Source: Paraspadella gotoi | Lineage: Eukaryota; Animalia; Chaetognatha | DNA length: 64,000 nt | Assembly (NCBI GenBank): GCA_051294375.1 | Contig: CM119264.1 | Coordinates: 16,279,245 to 16,343,244, forward strand | Direction of reading: 5' to 3' | In this document: piece after piece, positions 10,266-31,840 of the stretch | Layout: each line of letters opens with the position of its first letter | How positions within the stretch are numbered: position 1 is the first letter of the stretch | Translations under genes and position numbers: made by a program | The notes under the pieces: generated by a model | Databases searched by the model: none | Seen by the model: only the letters and a program-made list of their open reading frames with translations | What the model was told of the DNA's origin: nothing

Positions 10266-13200
10266 GGAAGAGGTGAAGTTCGCGAAAGAGTCTCTGCCAG
10301 AAAAACCAAGAAGCGCAAAAAGATAAGAATTCCGCGAATCGTTAAAGGTAAAAAACTGGATCATTTTTCAAGCTGCATTTTCATACTACTGTTATTCTCA
10401 TACATTTTTATCTCTCCAAACGGGCCTAGGCAATTACAATTGCAATTGAAGGAAGCTAAAAATTTAGATATGGCTTCTCCTGATCAAGATCTTTTAAAAC
10501 GCCTGGGATATTGTGTTCCCCCTCTGAGCCAATGGTATTGGCTAAACAATGGTGGACGTGAGGCGGTGTGAATATACCGCCACATTTCATTTAATTCATC
10601 TCATTCAATTCATTTTAATCAATAAATTTCATTCAATTCATTTTGTTCATTTCATTAATTTCATTTTGTTCATTCATCGCATCAATAATTAGTTGTCATC
10701 GTATCAATAATTTGTTATCATTGCATCAATAATTCGTTATCATCCCATCAAACAACCATTCATAATCATCGCATCAATCATTCATTTTTTTCAGAAAAAA
10801 TATTAAGCGATGGATCATTGTGCTTTTAAGATTTTTTCATAAATTTTCTTTTTTCTTTTTTTTCATCTGGCGAGATCACTAAATTTTACAAAAAAATTTA
10901 ATATGAATTGTCTGAAATCTCACCAACAATTGAGAAATAGTTTGTTTAGTAAATAATTTATTAAAATAAATTTGTTATTGAATTTAAGTAATTTTTTTTG
11001 TTCAGAATTACAAACCATAAGCTCCGAAGCACGCGTGACTTACCTCCAGAAAAAACGTCATCTGTGGGAGTCTCACCGTCTGCTGCATCACGTCGACATA
11101 CCACGGGAAAGCTGGAAACGTCTTCGTCGCCTGGAAATGGATCTTCGTAGAGAGGTGGGCCGCCTGTTCAAACAGTGGCTCCGTCTAATGCAGGTCAAAA
11201 GGAGATTGTCGGAAAAGCTCCTCACGGAATCTTTCGACCGGACGCCGCAACGTTATGACCCCCCGTACTACGGTCAAGCCTCGAGCCACTTGATGCTCAA
11301 GGGTGCGACGCTGTCCTGTCACCCGGGAACGATCCAGCGAGCGCTCGACCACTATGAAGCGCTGGAGAGCGTGCCGAGTCGCGTGTTGCTCGACGAGGCG
11401 GCCTTCGCGATGGCGGCGCTGCCATTGGCGGAGCGCGCGACGGAGCTGCTGGCGGCGATCAAGACGTGGGATTCGGGAACCATCGAGGCGGCGCTGAAAT
11501 CGATGGCGGAAGCGACGGATCGAAACGGTGTCGAAATTCACCACACTCTCTGCGAATACTCGCCGCTGGCGCTGATGGCGGAGAGAATCCTCTGCGAAAA
11601 CTGTTGCAATCCCTTCAAGGTCAAGCTGGCTAAGAACGAGACGGAGATTGCCGTGCACAACTACAACCAGAGCGCGACGGCTTTGCACGTCGCCGTCAGC
11701 AGAAACCTCTCTGTCTTCGAGGACACAGGGATCCGACTGAGGTTGATGTCGTTGATGTTGTTTTTGTTCTTTATGCTTTATCTGCCGGTAGGTTCGCTTC
11801 ATATTTTAATTTTTTTTTCTTTTTGAATTTAAACTTTTTTTGATTAAAAAAAAAAAGAGCTACAGTGTGTCCCAATGGTACTGTCTGTTAAGAAAAGCTT
11901 ACTGCTCCTATACCAGATCGAAAAACGTTAATTCATTATAATGAATATGCGCACAAGTATAGATCATTTTATAGGATACCTAAATTTTAAAAATTGAATT
12001 AAGCAAACTCCTGTAGTTATTACATAAAGCAATTAGTAAAATTTTTTTCAGTTATTTTTTTAAAAAATATTTATAAAATATTTTTTATAATATTTATTAA
12101 ATGTTTTAAATCTTTTTTTAGATGCAGGACAGTAAGAAACTACCTCATATTTTTAGCTCCAGAGCTTTTATAATACAGTAATCATTATTTTTAAAATTAT
12201 CTACTTACCTTGTTTATATTATTTTAATTGATTTAATAATAAGTTATTGAATAAATAGCAACCATTTTGTTCTGGCTCAATGATTCAATCGCTCACAACT
12301 TCAAATAATACAATTTAAATATCAAATTAATTAGTATATTTTTATCAATTTTTGTATTTTATTAATATTTGTTTATTTTTTTATTAATGCATTTATTCTA
12401 TACAAATTTAAATTTAAATAATTTATATCTATTTAAAATATTTTTTACGTCATTTTTTTAATAAATTTTATTTTAAAGTAAAAAAAAAATTGTTAAATTA
12501 AAAAAGTTATAAATTATGACTCATTTAAATTGAGTGTTCTGCAAATAAACCCAACTGTTGCCATAACGTTTTCGTTTTTAGTTTTTGTTTGTTTGTTTGT
12601 TTGTTTAGACAAAAACAGATTAATAGAGCCGTCGGTATTTTGATCAACAGATCTTCTTCGTTGACGACGGACATTCCCCCGCGACACGAGTCCCTGGAGA
12701 TCGAGGCGTCGACGCTGCACGAGATTCCGTCGGCGACCGACGCCGACAAGATCTTGCTCAAAGCCGAAGCCAAGGAAACGGCGCCACCGCCGATGGAACC
12801 GTCTTCGATCGTGGCGTCGGCGAGCGCCGACAAGGCCGCGCCATCGTCGTCATCCATCGGAGAGAGGATAAAGGGGGCGTTGAAGGTATCAGTGGTGGTG
12901 ATTGAAGGGCAAAGATGAAAGGGGCATTATAAATCATGTGCGTGTGTAATAACGTTTACTCCTCCGCCCCTGGCCTTGCACTCCCTCGAACACTTAGCGT
13001 CTACCCATCTTCCCGGCGTCTTTGATGGCGGATCCTCCTTGTGAACTGGGTGCTGTGGCGGCGGCGTCGTCGGCGGAGATGGGCGCCGCCGCCGCGCAGA
13101 CGAAGGTGACGGAGTTGAGCGAACAGGAGAAACTCCGGATTGAGATCGACCGGGTTAAGCGGGCGCTCAGGGTTATGGATATGAAGGAGCTCCTGGAAAT

Positions 13201-13760
13201 CAGGAGCTATCCTCGACCCCCAGCTGGTCTTGAACCGCTCCTCAGGGCCAACCTCATCATCATGGGCAATGCCGAGTCCGAGTTGAAGACCTGGGCCGAT
13301 ATCAGGAAGAAGATTACCAAGTTGTGTGAGTTATTATATTTGAATGATCTGTGATTGATTGGATGATTGATTAATTTTTATATATTTGTTTCATAAAATG
13401 GGCGATTTTTTTTCCAGCCGAATGGAGAGATGGCATGATACACTTCGACACAGAGTCTCAAATGACTGCAAAAAATGCGACGCTCGCCAAAAAGTAAAAT
13501 CGGAAACGAAAAATTATGTAGAAAAATTACAAACGAATTATTTATTATTGAGATGTTAAAATTTGTTAAAGTTTGCCGCAAAACACCTTTTGTGATCCGG
13601 TAATCTCCGATTTCGCAGGCATCTCGCAGAACTGTCGGCGCAGGGCGTGAAGCGCCTCTCCCACGCCGCAACCGTCCTCTTCGAATGGTGCACCGTCGTC
13701 CTTCAGGAATACGATCTCATTGAAAAAATCAAAAAGAAATATGCGGCGGCGAAAAAATGA
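10266..13760 (+). CDS. Spliced gene: helical N-terminal region, S/A/P-rich linker and C-terminal dynein-stalk MTBD-like domain (5' end not established)
   Basis: Phase-consistent GT-AG exons 10266-10347, 11006-11741, 12609-12885, 12998-13325, 13418-13493, 13619-13760(TGA). The C-terminus RALRVMDMKELLEIRSYPRPPAGLEPLLRANLIIMG...TWADIRKK...FD...VKRLSHAATVLFEWCTVVLQEYD follows the dynein MTBD pattern (E.KS...PP......A...L.G...W...K...FD...V...S.AA..L..W). Confidence 0.75.
10490..10584 (+). mobile_element. Dispersed repeat family B, copy 1 (old TE 3' end with hairpin)
   Basis: cctggga..tgttccccct..tggtggacgtgaggcggtgtgaatataccgccaca matches the reverse complement of ~14038-14130; followed by a (CATT)-like tract at 10585-10680. 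Confidence 0.6.
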
Positions 13761-14037
13761 TAAACGGGCCAAAAGACGAAAGACAAAAAGGCTGTACAAA
13801 GATTATGTCCAAATGATTTATAATCGTTATTTGTTTTTTTTCTGTTTTCGAAAGTTTGTGTTAACAAAAGAGGTGAAATATAATTTCTATAAATGTTTTT
13901 TACATAATTCACATTGTTCGTCAGCCTCCCAAGTGACGATGTGCTGAGGCTAAGCTTAGATGAAATATTAGCCATTACATACACGTACTATGTACATTGG
14001 ACAAATGTGGTAACTGATCATTTGGAAAAAAAATATA

Positions 14038-14395
14038 TTGTGGCGGTATATTGACACCGCTTCACGTCCACCATCCTTCAGCCAAATCCAGTTGCGTCAG
14101 AAGGGGGAACATACAATCTCCTAGGTCGTTGTGATACATCCACAGTCCTATACGACTTCCTGCTTCCTGCGTGTGGGCAAAATTGCGATGATCCATTTGT
14201 CCTTATGGGTATATCTCGTGGCGCCAGTGACTGGAGTAGTTTGTCCTCACTGTTAGGTGTCAGAAGCTCCCCAAAGCCAACAGTGAGATGCCCCATTCCG
14301 ATGGGCATTACAGGCAACTCGGCTGTTTCCATAATATAATCATTAATCAATGATAGGGGACTGCGTTTCTCGTTTGCTGTCTCGTGGATTACCAT
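14038..14395 (-). mobile_element. Dispersed repeat family B, copy 2 (longer, degenerate coding-like)
   Basis: 3' ~90 bp homologous to 10490-10584; both give ...VPP...W.WL..GGREAV in translation allowing for shifts. The 5' boundary is approximate. Confidence 0.5.
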
Positions 14396-14770
14396 TACTT
14401 TTATATTCTCGGGTTTGATCGAAATAGAATTATCCTAGCTGTGCCTTACTTTTTATCATTAAACCAAAACAATTTTATGAACTTAAATAAATTTAATCGG
14501 ACGATGAGATGAAGGGATCAGAACCATTTCGATTTGTATGCACCAGTACAGGAATGTCATCAACGAACATGCAATTGTAGGTTTGTGTCAACGTATTTTA
14601 ATCAGAACAAGGTTTCGCGATGTTTTTTTAAAGACATGTTTGGTTTTTTTTTCGATACAGTAAAACTTTATACGAAAAAAAAAAAAATCAAAAATTAAAC
14701 AAATATAAAAAAATTTAAAAAAATCTCGGCTACAAACTACGACGCTGGGTGGGAGTCTCCCGCGTTTCGT

Positions 14771-17097
<2,327 letters not shown>

Positions 17098-17231
17098 CTT
17101 GGCTGGTTGTTGTTGTTGTTGTCTTCAAACGACGACAAAAAAGAAAGAGGCGAGATTCGCTGTCGGATCAAGAGATGCGTCGAACTCCTGAGCTTAGATT
17201 CCGCTTATCGCATCCACGGCCGACGCCTCGC

Positions 17232-17314
17232 TTTTATAGGGGTCCGACTCCACGCGCGCGATCGAAGAGGGGAACGCGTTATCTCGAGTTTGTGTGGGAG
17301 GGGAAAGTCACGTG
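17232..17314 (-). promoter_or_regulatory. Actin core promoter (TATA box and E-box)
   Basis: cccctataaaagcg on the - strand at ~17232-17238, ~135 bp upstream of the ATG in a GC-rich context; CACGTG at 17309-17314. Confidence 0.55.
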
Positions 17315-17670
17315 ACTATCGAAGTAAAGTGGAGAGCCTGACTCGCTCCATCGCCTCCTCGCATTTTCTCCTTCTCCTCTCTCCCCCTGACATCCATGGA
17401 AATGCCCCTCGGAAATCTCTCGACGGGGGAAGATGCAGCCGCTCCATATCTCCCCTTCTTTTTTTTTAATGGGGAATGGGGATGATGTAGATGTGGATGA
17501 TGATAATCATGAAGATGATGCCGAGGATGGAGATAAACGGGAACATAATATGGGGTGAGCGAGACTGGAGCCAGTCTTAGCCTTCAGCACCCTTCATCAT
17601 TACTTTCTTTTTTTTTCTTTCAATCTTTATTTCTCTTTTCTTCTTTTTTTTTTTTCTCACTTCGTTTGCT

Positions 17671-17766
<96 letters not shown>

Positions 17767-17773
17767 TTTCTTT
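17671..17773. repeat. (TTTC)n microsatellite
   Basis: Directly visible. Confidence 0.95.
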
Positions 17774-19844
17774 ATCGTTCTCAAGGTGATGTCGCTTTCC
17801 TTGGCTATCACTTTCTCGATTCTCATCCTATGAACTTCAAATTTCTTCTTCCTTTCAATCTCTTTTTCTTTCTATATTTCTACCTACGTCTTCTAGTCTC
17901 TCTGCTTTTCTAGTTCTCTGATCTCTTTTTTCTGTCTTTTTAAATTTTTTTTATTTCTGAGTTGATTTCCACTCTGTCTTCATTTATCGGTCTTAGCTTA
18001 TCTTACTTTCATACCAGAGAGGTTAGAGTTTTCGGCTTCTAAATTTGAAACCCCCAAAAAATCAAGAACCCAACTCTCACCTTCTCTCTCTTTCGCTCAC
18101 TTCATATCAATAAACAAAAATCGAAGGCAAGTAGAATAAAAAACTCATTAATATAAACTAAAACTTATAATTATAAAATATGCGAAAATCGTTTTCCACT
18201 ATGAAGAAGAGTTTCGTATTAATGCGTTTTTTATCTATCTTTGCGTTCTTAATCGGAAAAAAGATAATATTATCGTACGAGACAGTAACTCAAGTTTCTC
18301 TATGCCCCTTTTCTATTTATAATCTCCTCGTTTTTCCCCCTCTCCTTCACTCCTTCTCTTTTCTCTCTCTCTCTTTCCTTTACTCCTTTAATCTTTCAAC
18401 TTTTACTTCTATTTCCTTTCCACTACACCCCGGCCCCTTTTGGTAGAAACCCTCCCCAATCCCCAGTCCCCAGTCCCCAGTCCCTTCCTACTCTTTCGCC
18501 AACTCGTTTCAACTTTCAACTTCTCTCGTATTTTCGTTCGCTTTTTCCTCGAAATCCTTCAGGTGTTTCAAACTGTCGATGCTTCGTTTTCGTCTCCTTA
18601 AAAGTACATACTGGGGTTCGAATCTGGGGCCACGTGATCCTTCGCTCATGTTCGTGGATTTTTAAAAAGCCTCGATGGAGAAAGTAAGAAGAGGGTTGAT
18701 TTTGTTAAGGAGGTGTGGCGGGGGGTTCATTTTTTCGGGAAGGCGTCGGGTTACAAGCTTTAGACGACCTAAGTATAATTCTCCATTTGGTTTTAAATAC
18801 TTGTCTTTTTGTTTAATTTCGAAATTTCTTATAATTGAAACTAAAACAAAGAAAGTGTTGTATTTTCAGATTCATAAACTATTATTTTCAGGTTATCTTT
18901 ATTTTGTTTAAAACCTCTCTATTTAGATTCATAGTTAAGTACAATCACTAAACTCGGGGTCTTTTGTTTTCACGCCGAATAACTTTCTCTCTCACCTTCA
19001 CAGCTAAGCATCTTACTTACTTCCTAGCCGGTAAAACTTCAATACCCTAAACTGCCACACATCGTACACCCCATGATCCTACACCCTACACCCCGTTCTT
19101 CAAACTCCACCATCAACAAACAGTCGGATTTTCCAACATCTCTCACCTTTTCGAAAGAAAGAGCGAATCTCGATCGAGTTTTGACCAAATTTGAGCCTAA
19201 AAATTACGAAGCCTTTGGCGTGAACGTGGGTTCGGTGTGAAGATAGTCGGGAAAACTTAAAGGGGGGGGGAAGGGGTTGAGATTCTTACTGAGTGGCGGG
19301 AGATAACGAGCAAAAAAAAAAAAAAAAAAGCCGGGGCATTTAACTTGATAGTTTGTCTGCGGACTGCACATAAAACTCAACATCAGTTACCATTTCTTAT
19401 AGTATAATTTTTATTCATTTAATTATCGTATTGATAATATATTTAAAGCTTTGCTCATTTGTTCCCGACATTCAACCAAGTAATCACAAACCATCGGCCG
19501 AGAAGGGAAGAGAATGAAAAATAAGGTTGAAAGAAACACCATCTGTTGAGAATTAAGCTACGAGTCGGAAAAATTGCAGGAGCTTAACAACGTTTTTAAA
19601 ACTGTTTTCTAAACGAAGCGCGCTTTTTATTCGCGATGAGAAACAGAATAAGAAATGTTTTATCGTTAATTCATTCGAGTTTATGGCTTTTGACGACAAC
19701 CAGGTCGTTGTTGTTGCTGTCATCGTCGCCTCTAGGAAATTTCAAACTGTTCATATGTTCAAAACAGTGTTACTTTTAATATGATTATGAAATAGCTTAC
19801 TATTTCGCGATTTGTGAGGTATGTATGGTAAACACGAAGGCCTT

Positions 19845-19880
<36 letters not shown>

Positions 19881-21224
19881 CTCTCTGCTCTCTCTCTCCT
19901 GCTCTCTCTCTCTCTCACTTTTCTTTCTCCCTTTCTGTTTGTGTACGTACGAGGCGCAGGGCATTGCCGCCGAAAGAGGTCACCGTCAGGGGTCTCTTCA
20001 GTTTCCATTAACTCATTTCCTTTCCTCTCTCCCATACGGACAAGTTTTTTCCCTCTAAATTTGTGGGTAAAAATCGTTCGGCACCATTTTTTTTTATTTC
20101 ATAAAGATCCAAGATAACATTATATATTACATAACCTTCGAGTAAAGAATTTCATTCAAGGACACTCGATCTTCACGAGATTTTATTTCCGCCTGACTTT
20201 TCTCTTTTTTTATATTCACGCATATCTTTTTGCTTTCAAATTCTTTTATATCTTTTTCCCCTTTTCTTCTTTTATTTATATCCAATCATTTTACACTCTC
20301 TTTTATTTTTTTCGCCTTCAGCTCCTTTCTTATATCCATTATCTTCTTTTCTCTACATTTCCCTCCCGATCCTTTTTTCCATCTTCTCTTTCTTTTTCTT
20401 CTTTTCAATTCTGCACTCAGCTCCTAAAGGAGGTTTTGTCAAAATGCTCTCGAGGATTTTTATTTTCCGACCGGGGACCAATTTTCTGCCTGTAAACGGC
20501 TCCGTCATCGTCGTAGTCATCATCGTCGTCGTTTTTCCCTTTTTCCGCTACGTTTTCTTTGTTGTCGTCGTCGTCGTCGTCGTCGTCAGCGCCGCCCACG
20601 AATACTGCTTTTCGAAGTTAGTGCTATTGCCGGAATTATCTTTGATACGAAGTCTGTTGTTGGCATAAAAATGCAGCATAAACAAATCATATGAATAAAA
20701 ATTCGTCAGGATTCGCTCGAGAATTCTTTTTCTTTTCTAGACAGAATTCTAGACAAAGGGGTATGTTCCTTTTTCACCGTCTTCCACTTTACCATATTTT
20801 GTCCTTCAAGCAAACGTTACCGCATAATTGTAATTACGTACAGGGAAAAAACTTAAAATTTAAGAAATGAGTACCAGAATTAAACTGGACCGAAATAATT
20901 TATAAACTATAAAAACTTCTTATCTCAAACAAAGTAATGGAAAAGAATAGTGTTGAAATAAATTTTTTTATTTCTTCAACATTAATGAAATTAAATTTAT
21001 TTAATTAAAAAAACTTCATCAAATTTAATTGACTTCCAGAAGGAAAATGAATGAAGACACGCTAGAAAATATTTTTCGTGCACTCTTGAAAATAAGTTGT
21101 TTCGACAAAACCAACAAAAGAAACCACCAACGTTGTTAACTCATTCTTGCGTGGTACATACGGTTTTATTAAAGGAAGTCAAAAAATGTGAAATAAAAAA
21201 AACGCAGGTTTCATCTGATAGACG

Positions 21225-21228
<4 letters not shown>

Positions 21229-21323
<95 letters not shown>

Positions 21324-21338
21324 AAGAGAGAGAGAGAG
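21229..21338. repeat. (AG)n microsatellite, representative of many (24586-24718, 24940-25037, 28187-28291, 31588-31724, 35678-35731, 37425-37492, 46108-46228, 54806-54886)
   Basis: Directly visible; these explain the RE/SL repeat ORFs in the track. Confidence 0.95.
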
Positions 21339-24300
21339 TTAAAAACAATGGAAAAGGAGAGCTTTGTCGTTTTCATTTAAACTCTAAAACCGCTCGACGG
21401 AGGAAAGCGGGAGTTTGAAGTAATTAGCTAATTAGGTCAGGATGAGGTTTTTTCCTTGGTCCGCGAGATTTTTTTCTCTCGTTTTTTTTTTTATGCCTGT
21501 ACGAAGTATGTATTATAAATTATAATTAGGTCTTTCTTTGTTTGTCTTTGGCTTTGACCAAGGAACGCTCGTTAAAAAACAACGGACAAGTTTAAATTAA
21601 AAATAGGAAACCGTCATACTCTATATTCAATTTTTTCTACATCAAAAATTGAAATTGACAAATTCGTTTTGCATAGACCAATCAGAAATAATTAAAAACT
21701 CTCCGTTGAGGAGACTACATCATGGGAAATTATCTCAATTTTCTCACTCAATCACGACAGCGTAACGCGTTTTAACTCGAACGGGATGTCATTCCTTTTT
21801 TATTTTTCAAAGAATCAAAAAGGTTTGGAAGAGTTGTAGTCAAATTTTAGTAGAATCACTAGAACGGTCAACATCTCCTATTTGTAACTTGTTTAATAAA
21901 AAAAATTGTTAGTATTCTAATTAGTTTTAATTGATTATCGTTAAGCATTAACCCCTTTTCCTTTTACGCAGATCTCGTGATATTATTGTAATTATCAGTG
22001 TCGGGGTTTCAAGAGGTTTTTATCGTTTTAATCCATTTAAGATGCTTTTAGTCGTTTTATATTAAGCACGCTCTGGATCACTTGATTGGTGCCAAACAAA
22101 TGGTGATGCTCATGGCCGGCCCTATATTTGCTGCGGGTGATGAACCTTTATATCAAAACTGTCTTTAAATCACTGACAAACATTAAGCGGATCCATGCCG
22201 TACAAACATTACCGCTCATCACTGGTGCATCGGCGGGGAAACGCTTTCGAAATCGGGCCGCTTTCCTTCAAGTCTTTATCGATTCTGGTGGCAACAACAA
22301 CGACAGCCAAAGTAGGGCTCTTGCTGTCGTTTGTCTTCTTCTCCGAATCGAGTTAGGGTTTCGCCGACTCTCTCGACCCCAATTTTCTATTCCGTTAAAA
22401 AAAAGGCAATTTACAATTTAAAACGCCGCTATTTTTTCCCCGGAGGCGAAGGAAGGAAACGTTCGATCCCCAGCACCTCAATTTAATTTCCCATCGCTGA
22501 TTTTCCTCAAACGATGATACCGTACTCCTTTCGCTCAACCAATTTAAAAACTAATAAGAATAACTAATCCATTGTCCAAAAATAGACTGAAACCAACAAA
22601 AAGCACTATACGAGTATACGTGTTTGGCATGTCGTACACGTTGGTTCGAGTAAGAGGAGACTTTCCAACTTCTACCTCCCCAGTTCCACCCTTTCACAAA
22701 CCGGCCAATCCAATCGCCGCATTTCGACACTCCTCCGCACATAACGAAAGTTCTGCCAATGAGAGGCAGCGGAAAAGGGAAATTAAACCTTTTAAGTTTT
22801 TATTTTCCTTCACACGAAATATTCTTTTTTTATTTTTGGCCTTATTCTTGGCCTTATTCTTATTCCACCCAACATATTCGCTTCTTTACTCTTGCAAGCC
22901 AGCTTGAGCTTATTACTCCAGTTTGCGCAAAAATTTTATCCTTGTTCCGTTTGAATTAAAAATCATTACTACTATTGAATGAAAAATCACAACGTACCTA
23001 CCGTTCTACTATGCTCAGCAAAATGTTTCGGCAGAAAGATCTCTTCTTTTCCTTTTTTCTTTCTTCCTTTCAATCCTCCTTTTTCCTACGCCCCCCTCCT
23101 CTTTTCTCATTATGACTCGAGCTCCCCACCAGTTAAATTTAGACGATCCAATATTGCCTGCATAATGAATCGTTGATAAGAGACTCCGCGATATGAATTT
23201 TTCTCAATTTTCTCCCCGGAAAAAAAAAAGGAGAGGGAAATCTCAGAATTATTCACAATTATTCAAAATGTCTTTGTCGTGAGAAAATGAGATTGCCCTT
23301 TTTTTTTCCTCTCTCTCTTCCTTTGCTTTCAGACGAGATTTCTGTACCTCCAACGCAGATTAGCTTTTAATATCTAGATGAAACCTAGATGGAAAGAATA
23401 ATTGATAATTTTCTTCGTGTACGAGTTGTGTCATCTAGCGTCGAGATCCCGTCAGCTTTTTTTTTCTTTTTCTTGTTTTTTGTTTTCTTTTTGATGTCGC
23501 CGTCGAAACCGGATCCTTTCATCCTTCGACGCCCCCTTTCCCCTCAAGAAGCGCCTGTCTTGTCACGTGACAATACACACTTTGAGAAAAACAAATCCGT
23601 TTTTCTTTGAAATTTCATAAAAAAAAACACAAAAAAACCGTCGATTGAATCACTTTGCCCACTTCTCCAACTTCTATCGGTTTTACCGGTTTTGTTTCAA
23701 ATATGGGAATTCTCTGAAATCAGCCACGAATAAGTCGTCGTTGTCGTCGTCGTCGACATCGTCATCATCATCATCTTCGTTCCTTTAGCATCTTTTAATA
23801 GCATCTTCTTATCCCTCGGTAATGAAACGCCCCTTAATCTCCAAAACAAACGCTACTAAATTAAATCTATTTTGTTTTTCGAAGAATCGAATTCCCTAAT
23901 GGTTTGGGAATGACATCTTCGTTTAACTGGGGGTGTATTAAAGGAGTGGCATGGCGAGATAAACAGGAGGAGATAATATATACGAGACAATGGATTGAGA
24001 ACAATGACTGAATAAGTTGGGAATAAAATTAATGATCGATAATTCTTTGTCTCGTGGGGATCATAACGATTAACGAGGAAGATACGTGAAGATACGAGGG
24101 AATTCCGGTCCGCTGCGTTTGTGAAGAGAGAGAGAGAATTCCGGTTCTGAGGCTGTGACTCACTCTCAGTCAATCACCGGCGCTAGGATGAGACGTCTCC
24201 CCTCTTCAAACTTTAACTCGGAAGGAGAAAAAAAAAAGATTCATCTCGAAAACATCCTTTTAAAACTCGACTCCTCTTCAGTCTTCACACCTTCGAAGAA

Positions 24301-24599
24301 AAAAAGAGAAGTATAGTAACGACTTCGCTGACGTAAAGTTTTCTCTCCCCTTCACAGCCGCTGCCGACGCTGCCGCCTCACAGTCGAAGCGCCAGCGGCG
24401 GCAGAACTTTTCCGGCTGCTTCGACGAGGTCGTCCTATTTCGGGGGCGCGAGAAGTCGGTTCGAAGTGACGCCGAATTTAAAATCGGTAGGAAAAACTAC
24501 GCGACGTGAATATTCGACGTTAGATTAAAATTAAAGATTGAATCTCTTGAAAACGAAACACAGAATTAATCGATACTTACAATATTCTCTCTCTCTCTC

Positions 24600-24720
<121 letters not shown>

Positions 24721-24741
24721 AAATCAATAAAAAAAGATAAA

Positions 24742-31062
<6,321 letters not shown>

Positions 31063-31456
31063 AAGTGGTTGAAGCAATAGAGGTGGTTTAGAGGTCGTTG
31101 GAAAGATGATTTCAGACATTTTTTATACATTAATTTTTGAATGATTTACTGCATATTATTAATTAATCAAATTTATTTTGCTCCCAATTCTGTTCTCTTT
31201 GTATTATCGTTGGTCATCAATATGCTAACTTTTAAAATTGGTGCAGTCATGAAGCAGACATTTCGCCATTAAAATTGAAAGATTTATTGACAAACTTGAC
31301 ATTTATTTTAGAAACCGTTGTTACGGTGTTTTTACCCTACACAATTATGGCTTAAAATATATTTAACTTTGAATGTTTATTCTTCGAAATAATGTAAATA
31401 ATTTTATTTCATTCACCAAAATCAAACCAAAGCATGATCATCATCATCCATAACAT

Positions 31457-31507
<51 letters not shown>

Positions 31508-31584
31508 ATTTGTTGAGGAAAAAAACTTATTGGAATCTAGATTTCGTAGGGGAGACACGCTCGTACAAGATGGCACGTGAGTGA

Positions 31585-31699
<115 letters not shown>

Positions 31700-31793
31700 A
31701 GAGAGAGAGAGGAGAGAGAGAGAGAAAAGAAATTCTTGTAAGGTACATTTCTTGTTTGTCTTCTCTTCTTCTTTTTCTTTTCTTTTTTCTTCT

Positions 31794-31840
<47 letters not shown>

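Noticed and set aside
11185-11802. 205-aa antisense ORF
   Set aside because: Shadow of the GC-rich + strand exon that has consistent splice phases.
20417-20599. Asp-rich - strand ORF
   Set aside because: Driven by (GAC)n repeats common across the window; no splice partners found.
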